Notes: generated by a model not told the origin, from the sequence alone. A stretch of 61,796 nucleotides of DNA, filler included, from Sphacelaria rigidula (GCA_964200075.2; 8 parts of 8 records of this genome joined end to end with filler, not necessarily neighbours in it), one strand, 5' to 3'. Counted from the whole stretch's first letter, positions 1 to 13,200 are shown. Program-made: numbers and translations.

Positions 1-958
1 GGTGCAGTGCAGTTCGGTTATCGTGAGAAGATATGTCATATTTGCCCTCGGATTGCATTGGTTTTCAGTCTCTTTCTTTTTCTGACCTCGTGTGCGCTTG
101 CGGGAGGTAGCGTCTTCATCTTTTACAAATCGTCATAGGGCTGAAGAATGGTTCGGCAGACCCGCAATCGCATCACCCTATGGCCTTCTATTTAGGGTCA
201 TCATCCACCCTGTAACATCTCAACTACATTTTTGAAGGCAACGTGGTACAACATTTCACACGTCGGACAGCTCATGAGCTACCTGGAAGAATCAATCTAA
301 GAGAACTCTCAGATCCATTGTATCAAACACAAAACACGCGACGGCAACGCCCGAAAAGCCAAAGCGTCACCTTTCAACTACACCGCGCGCTCTACTGAGA
401 AGTAATATCCAGGTAGCTCATGAACTGTCCGACATGTGGAACGTTTGAAGAACATACGTTTGAACGTTTCTCTGATCAGACCCGCAACAAAATAAAACCT
501 GACTCGACGATCGCACTGGAAAGACTGAAGCCGGAAGCCTGTCAGCGTGCCTGCGGTGACGATTCACGCCATATGGAGCATTTCCTGGCAGCTACTAGAA
601 TGGCTGTAGGATGCGTATAAGTACTCACCGCAATTTCATGGCTGTCTGGGCTAAATCAGTCACAACTGCTGTTCACAGCCCTGTTGTATATCACGACCTA
701 TAAATAACAAAGCAAAGCTCGCTTCAAGTTGAGAAAATTAGCAACAGCTGACTGAACAACAGTCAGCACGCATGCAGGACGGAAGCGCCCGGCGGCTGGG
801 ATCAGGAGCTAACCTGCACCCAAAACACGTGCATGGAGCCGATGTCTGTCGCACAGAGAGCAAGCACCACACCCGCGGTAAGTGATGTGATATAGGATTC
901 AGATATTTTCCATACTGCTTCCCTCACCTCTGAAACTGCTCCACACGTGGACAGATAG

Positions 959-2743
959 CACCCTGTAGGATGTGCTGCACAGGGTTCTTCACAGTCTTTT
1001 GCGAGAAAACCTGCACTGCATTTGCAAACCCAAGTACCTTTACCAGCATTTTGTATAGCGTTTTTGTCGAAACCCTGCAAGTAACCCTGTGGAGAGGCTC
1101 TCCCAATTTGAAAATTCCACGTTATTTTGTTAAAAAGATCCGTAAATATATTTATTCAGAGAAGCTGTTCGAAATAGATTTGTTTTTTGCCCGATTGGAA
1201 ATCGGGCAGAATAGAGGATTTATGTCGAACAGCAGAAGAAGCTATTCGAAATAATTTATCTTTTTGCCCGAATAAAAAGGGCAAAAAAATAATTCATTTC
1301 GATCAGCTTCTCTTGCTGTACAAATCCCGTACACATCGGCAGATTTGGAATTTGAACAGGAGAAGAAGCTCGACATAAATAATCACTTTGCCTGCCAATT
1401 CATTCGGAAATTGGGCAAAAAGAGAACTTATTGCGGAAAATGTCAGCTGTGCAAGTCCCGTATATACCGCACCATTTTCAGCGGATGGCATCCGAGATGC
1501 AGCAAAAATTGACAAAAGTAATTCATCCTCTTGCCCCCCAATTTATATATCAGTTGGGCTAAAGAAGAAATTCTCAACAGCTTTTGCTGAAAACAAATCC
1601 CACATACTGCTTGCGAGTGTATGTTCACGCGTGGGGAAGATGCTGGATGGTAGGTGTATACCTCGCATATTTATGCACATAGCTAAAAAAAACCAGTTGT
1701 CCAACGTCTACCAAGACAAACCAAATGAATTTTAAAATCAAAAACGCGAAAAACGTCTAATCGCGGTATATGCATGTACTTTGATGGGGATGGTTGGTTG
1801 ATAGACGGATTGACTATCGCACTTTCACAGACCCCCCAGACGGGGGTACAGCTGCATGGTCTATATAATCACAACAATAAACTGTATACTGGACTGCACA
1901 TGCGCTATAACATGCAGGACAGTGCAATACCGTGCTTATACGCCAGATGCTATGTACTGCAGAGTGAGTGCGGCATATGCGCTACGTATGGCTAGTGCAA
2001 TACCGTGCTTATACGCCAGGTGCTATGTACTGCAGAGTGAGTGCGGCATATGCGCTACGTATGGCTATGCAATATGAATATATGCTGCAGTTTATTATAG
2101 TTCGATATATGGGATGGTTATATACCGCCAGGAGTAACTATTCAGTTTGCACACTTGCACGCGTACATACATATATGCGCACGCAACTGCAGCACGCAGT
2201 GAGCAGGGTGTAAAAAGGAAGCGGGGGAAGTACAGTACACACAGCGCGGGACTATATCTGTTCTGTACCTACACTGCGACGTGAAAAGGACTTGAACAAC
2301 GTGCAGCTGTGTACTGATGCTCCGCCCATATATGCATCAACTATGCGGTGACTACATGCAATATACCCCACGTGCATATGGTTCGATCCGTCCCCTTGCG
2401 ATGCGGCGAAAGAAGATAGATGCCCAAGTTTCCATGCACCAACAACAAATACATCCTACCCAACCACGGCAGTGTGTATCTATATTTCTGCGTGCCCAAC
2501 TCGTGCTCTTTGCTACAGACAGTATAGGATTGTGCGGTATATAGCTGGGAACATAAGAGTTGTTATGGATTATTTGCATGGATCTCGGGTCATGGTCTAT
2601 ACTATATAATATTCAAGTACCGTGAAGTACAAATTGCTGCGGTCACGAAGTTCAAGCTCCAGCGGTAGATTTACACCTTTGAGAGTCCTTTCCCACAAAG
2701 TTGCCAACAGGCAACCATTTCAGAATTGCAAAATAAGGGTGCC
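959..2743. mobile_element. Degenerate non-autonomous DNA-transposon-like element, copy A; its interior is homologous to the reverse complement of ~3250-4440
   Basis: Collinear inverted matches, e.g. 1525-1563 catcctcttgcccccaatttatatatcagttggg vs rc of ~4100-4140, and 2451-2517 vs rc of ~3325-3390. Ends are weak (GCACCCT...AGGGTGC), so boundaries are approximate. Confidence 0.5.
1921..2066. repeat. 73-bp direct tandem duplication (2 copies, 1 mismatch)
   Basis: agtgcaataccgtgcttatacgccag...gctacgtatggct at 1921-1993 and 1994-2066. Confidence 0.95.
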
Positions 2744-2795
2744 CATGTTTCCGTTCCTGAAGTTATTCTAGATGTATCCTTTAGAAACACAAACA

Positions 2796-4646
2796 TACAC
2801 ACGCGGCCATTCGGCTACCCCCTTAAAATCCTCTATCGCGATTTTCATCCTCTCGAGGGTAAATGGATTCTCCGGAGGATAAAAATACCCTCCAGAGGAT
2901 ATTCCATACTCGGTTCCGGTCATGAAACGAGTTCTCTGGAGGGCATCTGATGCTCCAGTGACTTCTGAAGCCTGAATTCCTCCAGCGTACCAAAAATATG
3001 GTGCTCTGGAGCACGTGAGTGTCGTGAACGTCCCTCAGAGGGAAATATGAACAGCTGAGGGAAATATGAGCATCATTCCTTTGGAGGAGGGACCGACTAT
3101 GGCCTCTAAGGCATTTGTTGCGACTCCGGAGGATATAGCCGTGCAGTATCTTTCAGCGTGTACATTTACACTTGTGCACTTGTGTCCTAACTGCTTCCAG
3201 GGCACCTTTGGGACCCCAGCAATTTTGTCGTATGAAGCATCACGCCAGATATATATGTATCACCCGCCGTTCACAGATTGAACCATACGAACCCGACAAC
3301 ACTTATTTCCAGCTACCACAACCCTGCAGCAAAGAGCACGAGTTGGGCACAGGGATATAGATACACACTGCCGTAGTTGGGTGTGATGTATGTCTTGTTG
3401 GTGGAAGTTTAAACTTGAGCATCTTCTTCCATGGTCGCGCAGTTGCTCGGTGCCGGAGCCATGCGGGGTAGGGTGCGGGCAATAACCGGCGGCTTATTGC
3501 ATACACACTTATGGACAGTGCAGGCAGACAAAGCTGCGCACACTGTTCAAGTCCTTTGCACGTCGCACTGTAAGCAGGAAACATAAATATAGTCCTGCGC
3601 TGTCTGTACTGTATAATCTGCCCGCTTGTCTTTTAGGTTCTCCTGACGGACTTTGGCGTCGTGATTTATACTGTAGCTGACGGTATATAACACCCCCATG
3701 TACCCAAAGTTACAGGCATCCACTTTGTATACTATATAGCCACACGTAGCGCATATGCCGCGCTAAGTCTGCAGTGTATTGTACTGCACGTATATAAGAA
3801 CTACATGACACTGTCCTGCATGGCAATGTACAGTTCAGTACAGCACCAAGCCGTGGTTATTGTTGTGGTCGTAATATCGCCATCAAAGTACGCAGTGTAA
3901 AATCGCCATCGAAGTTTTTCGCGTGTTCAATCGAAAAAATGCTTCAGTATTATTGAAATGGTAAACACAGGACTACAGGGTTTTCAAAACCTGTATGTAT
4001 ACGCGTGTGAGGTTCATACAGGTGTTGTACCATAATCACGAGCTAAAACAATCAGTGTATGGGATTTATATCCAGCCGAGGCTGTTAAAGACTTCGATGT
4101 CTTTGCCCAATTGATATATGAATTGGGGGGCAAGAGGGTGTTTTCAATACTTTCTGCTGCCTCTCGAATGTCATCCACTGATACGGTGCAGTATGTGGGG
4201 CTTGAACGGCAAAAGCTGCTCGTAAATACGTTCCTTTTAGCCCATTTTCAGATATTGGCGGGCAAAATGGGGATATATTTCGAACAGCTTTTGGTGTACA
4301 ACTTCTATTTGCGAGTGTAAATGGGATTTGCACAGCCTCTGCTATTCGAAATAAAGATCCTTTTTGCCCGATTCTGAATTTGGAGGTAGGATTTATTTCG
4401 AACAGCAGAGGCTGTACGAATTCCAGATTCCCATAGCACTTATTCCTTCAAAACTCCAGAGGGTTTCAATGTTAACACAGACCTTCGAGACCCCAAAATT
4501 CACAAGCCCCTAGAGAATTGTGAATACCCAAGATCCTCTAGAGGATGTGAACGCCCAAGATCCTCTAGCGGGGATTTCAAAACGGCCGGAACCGAGGATG
4601 ACGTTTGGGAAATCCTCTACAAGGTAGCCGAATGGCTGCGTATGTA
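2796..4646. mobile_element. ~1.85-kb non-autonomous TIR DNA transposon, copy B
   Basis: 24-bp TIR TACACACGCGGCCATTCGGCTACC / GGTAGCCGAATGGCTGCGTATGTA (2 mismatches); subterminal ATCCTCTA motifs and a ctcggttccgg/ccggaaccgag pair; no transposase ORF. Confidence 0.7.
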
Positions 4647-4847
4647 ATACACAAGACAAGAACAAATTAATGCTCAGTGCGTTCTCCTTCCGTTCACGAA
4701 GGTGCGAGTTCGATATCCACCCCTGTGACAGCTAAAACGTCTTTTTCCCGCCAGTACTGTGCCCGCACTGCAAGGTCAAGCGTATCGCATGTGCGTAAAA
4801 TTACTGTACAGCATGTTATCGGCAATGAACACTACACGGAGAGACGA

Positions 4848-5020
4848 AATCCTGTAGAGCGTACCGTATGGTGCAAAACAATACCCTACAGCCAAATCCT
4901 CGCGAGTAACACTGCACAGTTTCCCTTAAGCCCTGTGAAGCGTTCTGTGTTGCGCAAAAATACACCCTACAGCCAAATCCCCGCGAGTAACAGTGCACAG
5001 TTTCCCTGGATCCTGTAGAC
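4848..5020. repeat. ~80-bp tandem duplication
   Basis: ccctacagccaaatcc(t/c)cgcgagtaaca(c/g)tgcacagtttccct occurs twice in tandem. Confidence 0.85.
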
Positions 5021-5342
5021 GTGCCCCACAGGGTGCTATTCGTCCACGTGTGTCGGACCTCCAGGCAAGTCGGCCCTCCTGACTGTTCATAGCTCCCAGA
5101 GCAGTTCAGTTGGACCGGGCTCATCCCTTTCCCCCCTACGTCCCCTCGAAGCCCTCGCACCATGCTCGGCGGTGTTTGGAATTACAGACCCATCCCATGT
5201 ACTTCACGAAAAGAGTCCCGCTTCTACAGTGATGAGCCGCTTGGTGAACATATATCCCATTCGCCCTCCATTGCGCGGCGTGTGTCCTTCCAGCGCCTTC
5301 GTCACATTCGCTCCGTATCTTGAACCCATGGTCACAGTGGGT

Positions 5343-5591
5343 GACACTTTCTACGATAGCCCCCCCCGAAAACCAGCCAAAACGTGTCACGATACAAATG
5401 GCCATACAGCGCCTGATGTTTGTGTTCAAGCTGCATGAAGCGCTTCATATTGGCGACATTGGCCAGAGCGGACCAAAGCGTGGAAATTCTCAGCTGCTTG
5501 TTGTGCTCGGCTTTTCCCATTCCGATTTACGTGGAGATTTTGCCTCAAAAAAACATGCATTTTTTGAGGGGGGGCTATCGTAGAAAGTGTC
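5343..5591. mobile_element. MITE-like element (~250 bp) with perfect 24-bp inverted repeats
   Basis: gacactttctacgatagccccccc at 5343 and gggggggctatcgtagaaagtgtc at 5568-5591. Confidence 0.75.
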
Positions 5592-5993
5592 GGGTCAGGT
5601 ATTTATTAATATCTATTTTCTTCACTGGTTTAGAGCGTTTCAGTGTCGTGACGACCATTTTTTTCGGGAACGCCCTAACCTCTCGAAAAGCAAAAGTAAA
5701 GGCCCATTTTTTCCCCGCCCACCTCTGTGGTTCTCCATGCTAAGTCTTAAATCACAATTATAAATAAAATGAGATAGAGCCCTAGTGCGATCTTTATTTC
5801 TCCTCAAAACTGCCCCGAAAAAACAAAAATAGTAGAAAAAACGATGAAATGAAAAAAAGGCTGTTCTTGTTTCATTTTAATATGCACTAGCGGTTCTCCA
5901 TGCGGAAGTTTCAAAGAGGCTCCCCGTATGATCCGCACCAGTATGGCCTGCATGGGTTTCGGTACTGCCCCGTATCCTTACGCCCCCCGTAGC

Positions 5994-6490
5994 TCCTCAT
6001 CTCATACTGGTGAATACTGCTGATATTGCGTATTTTGCTGCTTCATATACTGGCGGATACTGGTGATACTGGGTATTTCGCCGCCCTATACTGGACGATA
6101 CTGGCGATACTGGGTATTTTGCTGCCGTGTACTGGCGATACTGGGTGATTTGCCGCCTTATACTGGACGATACTGGCGATACTGGGTATTTTACCGCCTC
6201 ATACTGGCGGACACTGGCGGTACTAGGTATTTCGTCGCCTCGTACTGGACGATACTGGCAATACTGGGTATTTTGCCGCCTTGTACTGGCAGATACTGGC
6301 AGTGCTGGGTAATTCCCCGCCTCATACTGGCGGATACTGGCGATACTGTGTACTTCAGCGTCTCATACTGGTACATACTTGCGATACTGCGTATTTCGGC
6401 GGGTGAAACTGGCGGATACTGGCGATACTGTTTTTTTTGCCGCCTGATACTGACGGATACTGGCGATACTGCGTATTTCGTTGTCTCAGG
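5994..6490. repeat. 41-bp minisatellite, ~12 diverged copies built from ATACTGGCG subunits
   Basis: Consensus ctcatactggcggatactggcgatactgggtattttgccgc recurs with period 41 (starts near 6198, 6239, 6280, 6321, 6362). Confidence 0.9.
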
Positions 6491-6772
6491 ACTAATGCCG
6501 AGATAGTCTCCCCACAAAAAGTGCACCGGAGACCGTTTGACAAACCGGCTGCAATCCGACGATTACGCTCGTTTGCTGCAATCCGCCCACATGAGAGGCG
6601 TGTAGCAGTCCGAAATCAACTATAACGCCCAAATAAGTCGCGTATTGCAGCACGAAACCAGATCTAACGGCATTTATGATCATCGCCTCCGTGCTCTTTT
6701 TTGGCCGGTTCCGGGGGGTGCTATCTCGGCAGCAGTCTCAGACTGGTTCATACTGACGGACACTGGGTACAA

Positions 6773-7298
6773 TACCCCACTTCCAAAGTGGGACGATTGG
6801 TGGTGCCTTACGATTCTGTCGACTTTCTTTGGTTCCTTCGCTTGCCACTGTTCATCACATTCGGAACCTGAAGATACCAGTATCCGCTACACATTCCAAA
6901 AAAGTAGCATCTTTACTCAATACTGAGTGACTTACGGGCTCACCGGTCATCGTGGGTCCTGACACGTTTCAGTCAAGATTCCGACTCTCCGGGATTTTCG
7001 GTCGATCGAATGTCTCGATCGTATTTGTGGAGAAATGAAGTGTTTTTACTTGATTTACCTACTTACTGCACTAGAGCCAAATAATCCCATTTCATGGTCA
7101 ATAACACCCTCCTGCTAAAGCGTGTATTTTATTGTATCGCCCGATAACATCGACTAACACTGACTCCGGCACGTTGTTTCGAGGACCATCTATTTATTTT
7201 ACAAAATCTATCGACGCTCGCAAATTCGACTTATATCGAAGAGTATACGCGAGAAAAATTCCAACTTAGGCTGTGCCTATCATTTCGAACGTGGGTAC
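6773..7298 (+). mobile_element. ~520-bp MITE-like element, copy 1 of a family sharing an internal core with 10552-11064 and 20957-21466
   Basis: Core tactcaatactgagtgacttacgggctcaccggtcatcg...ttttcggtcgatcg matches 10673-10770; imperfect TIR taccccacttccaaagtg / catttcgaacgtgggta. Confidence 0.6.
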
Positions 7299-7638
7299 TT
7301 CCCTTCCTCCTGGCCTGCTCCCTGCGGGGGTGGGCCGAGGACCGCTAGTGATCTTGAACCACACACACAAAGACCACCAAACCAACGGAAGCGGAGCAAG
7401 GAAAGGTAAGGGGCACGAACCCTAGCATCGTGTCAACGTGGGCTCTGAGGTTTGGGGCGATAGGAGATACAGGGGTCGTGAGACACAGTGTAACTCATAT
7501 CGCACTAAATTTTTCAGATACCACCCCCTTCCCCCGACTGCCCATACTGGGGTGGGCAGACGTCCACCTGTGATCTTAGACCACCATTCAAAGATCAGTC
7601 AACGACGGTGGAGACACGAGTACGAACCTCGTATCGAC

Positions 7639-7738
7639 NNNNNNNNNNNNNNNNNNNNNNNNNNNNNNNNNNNNNNNNNNNNTTAATTAATTAANNNNNN
7701 NNNNNNNNNNNNNNNNNNNNNNNNNNNNNNNNNNNNNN
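7639..7738. other. Artificial contig linker (N44-TTAATTAATTAA-N44). Identical linkers at 15377-15476, 23114-23213, 30851-30950, 38588-38687, 46325-46424 and 54061-54160
   Basis: Identical 100-nt spacer with stops in all six frames, separating size-sorted pieces of 7636-7638 nt. Confidence 0.99.
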
Positions 7739-8198
7739 GCTCTTTTTCTCGTTTAAGCAGGGAAGACCCGGGAATCGCGAAAAATTGTGAAAAAAAATGT
7801 GAAAACCGCAAAACCACCACTGATTTGGATATCTCCGTGACGTTAATCTGCGCACGCCCCATCAAACAATTTTTCAGCATGTAATCGCGAGTGCTCGACG
7901 TAAAAACGTCCAAAATCGTCAAAATCGGTCAACATCGGGGTATAAGTGGACCAAAAAGGGGCAAAATGGGGTATGTTTTGAAACGATTTTAGTATTGTAA
8001 ACAAGTTTTTCTTTTTTTCTTTCTTTTTTAGTCAGCTTCGTCTGCGCGTTATCTCTCTAACGAGCCAAACTGTAGGATGATCTTAAGCGTTGAAATACCC
8101 AAACGATTAAACGTCCATAACGATACAGACTTATGGGACAGAGGAAGTATTATTCGAAGTCCCCGACGGCACAACGATCATTTTTGCGTCTCTCTCAC

Positions 8199-11100
8199 CA
8201 GCATCGTACTTGATCTCTATGGATGGCGGTGTCAGGTCCGCAGGAAGCCCACAGGGCAGGGACTTGGGGCCTATGAAGCTCTCGGCGTCGGTATCGATCT
8301 GCCAACGAAATATTAAAGGCGGTCAGCATAGCAGAGGGTTCATCACGTTCAAGGTGGTCTGGTAGACCACTAGTTGCTGTGATGACATGACATGTACTCG
8401 TCAGATTTGCGACCACCACTCCCTCAATCAAGGTATTTGAATGAGGTGAGAACACGTGGGGGAGGGGGCGGGGGGGGGAGGGAAGCAACGGGATGAGGCT
8501 AACGTCTGCTACATTCCATGCCATTGAACACCAATGCTGGTGGTGAACACTTGACATTATTTGCTTGAGCTGTTGACAAAAGTGTCACAAGTCCATGGTC
8601 CAACCGTGGCGCACGTGGAAGCACCCGTACTTGAAGGCCCTCAGAAAGGCGTCGTTGATGCGCTCTTGGACAGAGCTAAAGGCATTCTTGTCTGCAAGAA
8701 ACAGCTCTAGGCGACGTCCTCGATCCAGAGTCACTTCAGGGAGCTTCGTTTGCTCCACGCCGATCCCCAGGACAGTGTCCCCAGGCGCAGAAAACCTTCC
8801 AAAATAGACACACGAAGAAACAAAAGTGAGGGGAATGTAACACACCCCGACCGTCGACTCGAAAAAATACGTGATCTTCGTGTCGACTGTACAGGAAATA
8901 CAACAACCGCTGCCGACGGAATAGAAAATAGGTCTACATGAACATCGGATTTTATAGGTACACGAGGCGGTCTTGATCTCGATGGTATCCTCTGGGTGCC
9001 CGCCCTTGTCTTCCCTCAGTCCTCTACGTCGGCGACTTGTGCGTTTCTTCGTTGTTTTGTGCAATACTTCGAAGTACACTCATACTGCTTTGTTGTTTTT
9101 CATGCAGAGTTCTGCTCTCTGGCTCTCTGTCCTTTTTCCTTACCGCCGCGATTGTACTGCAAAATATTACTTTTATTTGCGTTCATGAAGGATGAAGATT
9201 AAGGTGATGACCGCGGCACTTGCTCCTGCCTTTGCCTCCCGTCTGGGCGTTTAAAAGCTTACAAGAATACAACCAAAGGGAAGATTCGCAAGCTTGACCG
9301 TCGGAATGAAGGCTTGCCGTTTGCTCACCGCCGAGAATGTCAAATGCTATTCACCGCCAATTTTACCTGTATTTTACTCTCAATACCCGCTACCACTTTG
9401 TCAAGAAAAAAAATCCCTTGACCGCCAATAATTAGCGCCACGTTCTAGGCCAAGATTTACTTCACCGGCGAAAAAATGCCCAACAAATGCTAAGGAGAAG
9501 TCGTCGTCAAGTTTAGGTTTTTTCGTTCCGACGATGTAGCGCTACCACCTAAAAAAAAACCAAAAAACGGTAAAATGCCGAAAAGTTACAGACCTAGATG
9601 TGGCATGCTGTTGCGTCCTCGAATCGCCAAAACAAGTGAAAACGATTAGTGCCCCGGTTCTAGCGCTCACCTGCCCACGAGTACGTGTAGGAGCTTCGCA
9701 GGCAAGGAGCAGCGCGGGCCTCCGTTGGGCGCTCCCATAGGTAGCGTAAGACCTCCCAGGCACTGGCTCAAGTAGGGGGTGACTGCCGAATGATTTCCGT
9801 AGGGGTCGTCCATTGTCACGCGGCTGTTTATGAAACACGGCGGCCCATCGTCCTTTGGAATCTTGTGTGCGACGAGCACCGCCTCAACGCTGTTGCTCGC
9901 ATGCTGCGCCGTTATCTTCTTGGGTCTGCCCCCTGGATGGGAATTGTACATGAGAAGGAGCGGGCTATCCTCGATGATGATAGACTTGTCCTGAAGCAAG
10001 ACATCTGCGCATGTGCAGTTGAGAAGGAAAACGAAGGGAAGCAATGAGGAACGGCAAAAAGTACATGACAATCGGTGTGCATAAGGTAGTAGGGTAATCT
10101 ACAACGATGCGCAAGTCGTCGTTTGTGCGAGGTCGCGCCCAGCATTCACCGTCACCCAGGTTGAAGGTGATTAAAATTGCATGACATATCGGGGACTCGA
10201 AAAAGACAAACCTATAAACGATGTACACACATGATACATGCATGACGAAGAAGGCGTTTAGTTAAGGGTGGGCAACCGCTGCCGTGACTACTGCGCCCTT
10301 TTCATCCCACGGCAAACGGCAAGAGTGTACACTGACAACAAGGCATGAATCAAACGCGAATCACGTGAGAGAGGTAAAAACGCGCCGAGTAAAGGGACTC
10401 ATGTTGCTTCTGATTGAATTCAAGGCCCTTCTAGGCACAGGGCCGCCCGGTGCGCCACGGGATTTATCAACCTGACCCCCCACCCCCGGCAATCAAGCCA
10501 TATAGGCTAATAAATTCATTTGAAATGTAAAATAATCCAATAACCCATACACAGTAGTGGGCGGTCTAACGAAGGTATTAATTTTGTGTTATTTTCGCTC
10601 GCCACCGCTCATTACATTGGAGATCTGATTATATTTGTATCCGCTCCACATTCCAAGGAAAAAAAACATCTGTACTCAATGTTGAGTGACTTACGGGCTG
10701 ACCGGTCATCGCGGGTCCTAGCCACGTTTCAGCCCAGATTCTTACTCTTCGGTATTTTCGGTCGATCGGCCCTGTCCTCATCATATTTGTGAAGAAACGT
10801 ACAGTTTTATTTTTTGAAATTCTACCTGCTCATTGCACTAGAGCCGAAAAACTGTGTTTCACGGTCGATAACACCCTCCTGATAAACGGGCTTGTACTCG
10901 TCTAGCCCGACAACACCAACTACACTGACTTGGGCAGTGTGTTTCGAGGATGATCTATTCCCTGTACCAAAATCTACCTACGCTAGCAATTTCGAGTTCT
11001 ACCGAACAGTAGTACGCGAGTAAAACCCCAAAACACCCCTGAATAGTTAGACCACCCACTACTGTGTGTGTATATATGTATACGTCCTCCAACCGCTGCT

Positions 11101-11858
11101 TTTCGTTCACGACGAATTTCATTTCGACAATAACGAAGTTCACACGTACCCCGAATGCGGGCTCCATGCTGAAACCACGGACGGGGTATGTTGAAGACTA
11201 TGGTTCCGCTGGCGTGGAGGCCGTTCACCAGACGGAGGATGCAACGCCTTAGGCTGTCGTTCGAAATTTTGCAGTCCTTCATGAGGGTCTTCTCAGCATC
11301 AATACAGACGACAATAAGCTTCGGCGGCGTCGTGACGGGCAGGGGACCCTCATCTTGGAACAGGTCATCCCCGTCGAAGAGAGGAAGGCCTTTGTGCAGA
11401 ACGGTGTTCTGCGCTCTTCACGGCAACAGAGGGGAAGGGAAGAACAGGGTCACGGGGAAAAAATTATGATGGTTGCGTGTTGCGTAAACGGTGCAACGGT
11501 ATCAGTGGAATAAGGTCCAGAGCAGGTTGTATCATATCGACCACTGCTGAGAAGGTTTTGGGAAACACATGGGAACACGCCATGAATCAATTACTTCATT
11601 TTATTCGGAGCACAACGAATGCGATGACACCACCAAACCAAATCGCCGCTCGTCGCACCTACATTTCTCCATGGAGTCTCGGATAGGACCAATGGTGATG
11701 ATCGGAGACTTCTTCTTTTTCTTGGGCCGCGTCGCCCGCCCCCCATCCTGCCCGACACTGGGGCCATTCCCATTGGTCGGTGATGCCACCTCTTTGCACT
11801 CCACGCAGAGGCGCTTCACCATATCGGCCAACGACAGCGTGAGGTCGTCTTCGACGGG
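8199..11858 (-). CDS. Multi-exon gene (exons ~11858-11659, 11415-11150, 10004-9671, 8795-8615, 8298-8199; continues past the contig end) encoding an N6_N4_Mtase-like (beta-class amino-methyltransferase fold) domain with degenerate catalytic motifs
   Basis: Four GT-AG introns join in phase (2,1,2,0) with no stops. Spliced peptide: ...VLHKG...PKLIVVCIDAE...LRLVNGLHASGTIVFNI...NSVEAVLVAHK...LPAKLLHVLVGRFSAPGDTVLGIGVEQTKLPEVTLDRGRRLELFLADKNAFSSVQERI. The exon structure is well supported; the fold is assigned by recalled motif order. Confidence 0.65.
10552..11064 (+). mobile_element. ~513-bp MITE (copy 2) inside an intron of the MTase-like gene
   Basis: TIR cagtagtgggcggtctaac / gttagaccacccactactg; shares its core with copies 1 and 3. 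Confidence 0.75.
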
Positions 11859-12254
11859 CTCCAGGAGTCGACAAACAGAGAGATGAGCCATGCCACAGTG
11901 GACGCAGTGATACCTGCCGTTTCGCGAAGCAAAGGGCGAATGAATGTTGTGACATTATTTCTTCAGACGTTGCCGGAAAAAAATGATCATCATAGTGTGG
12001 ATCGATTGCCCATGTGGACGACATGCGTTTTTCTGAATGGATCACAGTAATCGCTGGGCACAAAGATGACACAAAAAAACAATATCATCACTCCCCCCCC
12101 CCCCCCCCCGTCGTAAATTTTCGAAGTCATCCCGCGGCGTTGGTATCGATTTTGCACGTTCAGCACTATAAATATCACCTTAGCGAGACCCGTCAGCAAG
12201 AGGGGAAAAAAAATAGAGTCATTACCCTCCTCTCTTCCGCCCTAACTTCGTGGA

Positions 12255-13200
12255 ACAATGCTTGCAGTTGGCATGGGCCTTGCACGCCGAACACAGATCG
12301 CCGTCGGGAGACCTCTCGAAGCAAGGAAAAACAAAGAAACACCAGCCCCTCCCCTGCAAACTATCTGAATCAGTAATACCTGCTGTTCGAATGGGACCTT
12401 GCACCTTGAACACAGATTGCCATTGCGGGGCTCATCCGCAGCTACCAAAAAAACGAGGAATGGTCACCAGTGCCCCTGCTCTAATTAACGCACTTCCTGT
12501 GATCATGGGCCTTGCACATGGAGCATATTGCCTTAGCAAGACCCCTCAATAGCAACGAAACGAAAGCATCCTCACTACCTTTCCCATCCCCCGCCGTTCA
12601 ATTTCTTCAGAGAAAATCCGGCTGGTGAGTGAGGGTTCGGAGAAACGATGTTAATAAAAGTATGAGTCTCTTACCCCTAAAACAATGGATTTCCTGCAAT
12701 ACGGCTAACGATGTCCGATGACTACACTCCAGCCTAGTGCCCCTCGACGGCATGGATATTGTTTCACCGCTCCTCACGGACTTTGTAACCCCCTAGCGAT
12801 GAGCGAAAGCGTAATTACAGTATCATTTTGGGGATGTGGGCTTGTCGGAAATGTGATGCCCTCGCTCTGCGCTTTCGCACTTACAAAGTGGTTAAGGGAG
12901 CTGAAAAAGTACCCACGCGATCGAGGTGCATTGGGCCGACAAACAAGTCACGGGGGACACTAACTTCCAGTCTTGAGAAAGCACTGTTTTGGGGGGTTGA
13001 GACTCACCTGTTCAACCTCGTTTACCATAATCATGTTGTCTGCGATAGCATGAGCCTCGCACACTGAACACAGATCGCGTTTACAGGATCCCTCAGCAGC
13101 AAAGACAGCAAATAAATCCCCCCACCCGTCCTACTTTCAGCAATGATACCTGCTATTGGGATCGGCCTTGCACGTGGAACACACGTTGCCTTTGCGAGAC
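12255..13200 (-). repeat. Five short dispersed tandem repeats encoding C-S-x-C-(K/E)-A-(H); putative duplicated mini-exons
   Basis: GNVCSTCKAD (~13160-13190), DLCSVCEAH (~13050-13080), AICSMCKAH (~12505-12530), GNLCSRCKV (~12395-12422), GDLCSACKAH (~12273-12303). Confidence 0.6.

Noticed and set aside
5994-6490. CRISPR-like periodicity and a repetitive 147-aa ORF
   Set aside because: No unique spacers and no cas genes; it is a head-to-tail minisatellite and the ORF is a by-product.
7639-7738. Regularly spaced palindrome TTAATTAATTAA (7 copies, ~7.74 kb apart)
   Set aside because: Artificial linker embedded in Ns. Neighbouring contigs are unlinked, so no gene-neighbourhood inference across linkers is valid.
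9795-9812. DDPY in the MTase-like protein as a possible catalytic DPPY
   Set aside because: It falls in the variable region after the E-x-x-L-x-x-x-K strand, not after the motif IV strand (LIVV), so it is probably coincidental; a structure model could overturn this.
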